This document shows, piece after piece, positions 63,114 to 64,000 of a stretch of 64,000 bases of DNA (position 1 is its first letter; each line of letters opens with the position of its first letter). The notes under the pieces were generated by a model. That model did not search any database. It worked only from the letters and a program-made list of their open reading frames with translations, and was not told where the DNA came from. The translations under genes were made by a program, and so were the position numbers. This DNA is from Alphaproteobacteria bacterium (lineage in GTDB: Bacteria; Pseudomonadota; Alphaproteobacteria; Bin95): contig JAURGE010000005.1 of the NCBI GenBank assembly GCA_030833925.1, positions 4,654-68,653 on the forward strand. Reading direction: 5' to 3'.

Positions 63114-64000
63114 ATGGCGCGAGCTGTGTCTAAACGTTCTTCAGTGGGTACTACGAAAGCACCTGCAGGGAAAACGCGTGAATCTAAAACTGCGTTGGGG
63201 ACGAAATTGGATCCGAAAATGCTTCAGCATTTCTATCGTGAGATGCTGCTTATCCGGCGCTTTGAAGAACGGGCAGGGCAAATGTATGGCATGGGCCTTA
63301 TTGGGGGCTTTTGTCATTTGTACATAGGTCAGGAAGCAGTGGTAGTCGGTATGCAGTCCGCATTAGACGAGCGAGATAGCGTCATAACTGGTTACCGTGA
63401 TCATGGTCATATGCTTGCCTGTGGCATGGAATCACGCGGTGTCATGGCCGAGCTAACAGGACGGCGTGGAGGATATTCCCGCGGTAAAGGCGGCTCCATG
63501 CATATGTTTAGCAGAGAAAAAAGATTTTTCGGCGGTCATGGAATTGTAGGGGGGCAGGTCTCTCTAGGTGGGGGGTTAGCCTTCGCTTCTAAATACCGTG
63601 GGGATGGTGGAGTAGCTCTAGCTTATTTTGGGGATGGTGCCTCCAACCAGGGTCAAGTTGCGGAGACCATGAACATGGCAGCGCTTTGGAAGTTGCCCCT
63701 TATTTTTGTCATTGAGAACAATAAATACGGCATGGGAACAGCGGTTAACCGTTCCTCTGCTGGCGAAGGTCTGTTTAAGCGGGGTGAGGCTTACGGAATA
63801 CCTGGCGAAAAAGTGGATGGCATGAACGTGTTAACCGTGGCTGAAAAAGCAAAGGAGATAGTGGCTTACGCCCGCGAAAAGGGACCCTATGTCCTCGAGA
63901 TGGAAACCTACCGTTACCGCGGTCATTCTATGTCAGACCCAGCAAAATATCGGTCACGTGATGAAGTTAGTAAGATGCGAGAAGAGCGAGATCCTATTGA
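63114..64000 (+). CDS. pdhA: Pyruvate dehydrogenase E1 alpha, partial (runs off window end; not in ORF track)
   Basis: From ATG 63114: RRFEERAGQMYGMGLIGGFCHLYIGQEAV, GKGGSMH, GDGASNQGQ, YRYRGHSMSDP. Confidence 0.97.
   Translation, partial: MARAVSKRSSVGTTKAPAGKTRESKTALGTKLDPKMLQHFYREMLLIRRFEERAGQMYGMGLIGGFCHLYIGQEAVVVGMQSALDERDSVITGYRDHGHMLACGMESRGVMAELTGRRGGYSRGKGGSMHMFSREKRFFGGHGIVGGQVSLGGGLAFASKYRGDGGVALAYFGDGASNQGQVAETMNMAALWKLPLIFVIENNKYGMGTAVNRSSAGEGLFKRGEAYGIPGEKVDGMNVLTVAEKAKEIVAYAREKGPYVLEMETYRYRGHSMSDPAKYRSRDEVSKMREERDPI

Overview
Compact, gene-dense alphaproteobacterial chromosome segment; the gene order resembles Rhodospirillales and relatives, and GC looks just under 50% by eye (not computed). 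The right third is conserved core: gor, class II DAHP synthase, NAPRTase-nadE, trmJ-cimA-gltA-gltX, lexA with its GTTC-N7-GTTC box, moeA-moaC-trpCDGE-ppiD, and tpiA-secG-pyrG-kdsA-eno-ftsB-pdhA. The left two thirds are a patchwork of CoA/acyl, aromatic, organosulfur and PHB catabolic genes and transporters. No IS, prophage, CRISPR, tRNA or rRNA was seen. Best finding: two minus-strand ORFs (23484..24230 and 23133..23468) are one reading frame interrupted by a single TGA at 23484-23486. That TGA sits exactly at the second-Cys position of an AhpD/CMD catalytic motif (ELLAARVSALNRCLY-U-TTSH) and is followed by a bacterial SECIS-like hairpin, so this is a probable ~357-aa AhpD-like selenoprotein that the ORF track splits. 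Other features missing from the ORF track: an alpha-r8/MmgR(suhB)-type sRNA with the TTTCCTCCCT decamer (about 26153-26239) and a shared PhaR-like TGCRNYGCA box in its promoter and upstream of phaZ. Also notable: a 3-sulfinopropionyl-CoA desulfinase-like ACAD, a Cys-less Ltp2-like thiolase-fold protein paired with a Zn-less DUF35 partner, and Box-pathway accessory genes without boxABC.
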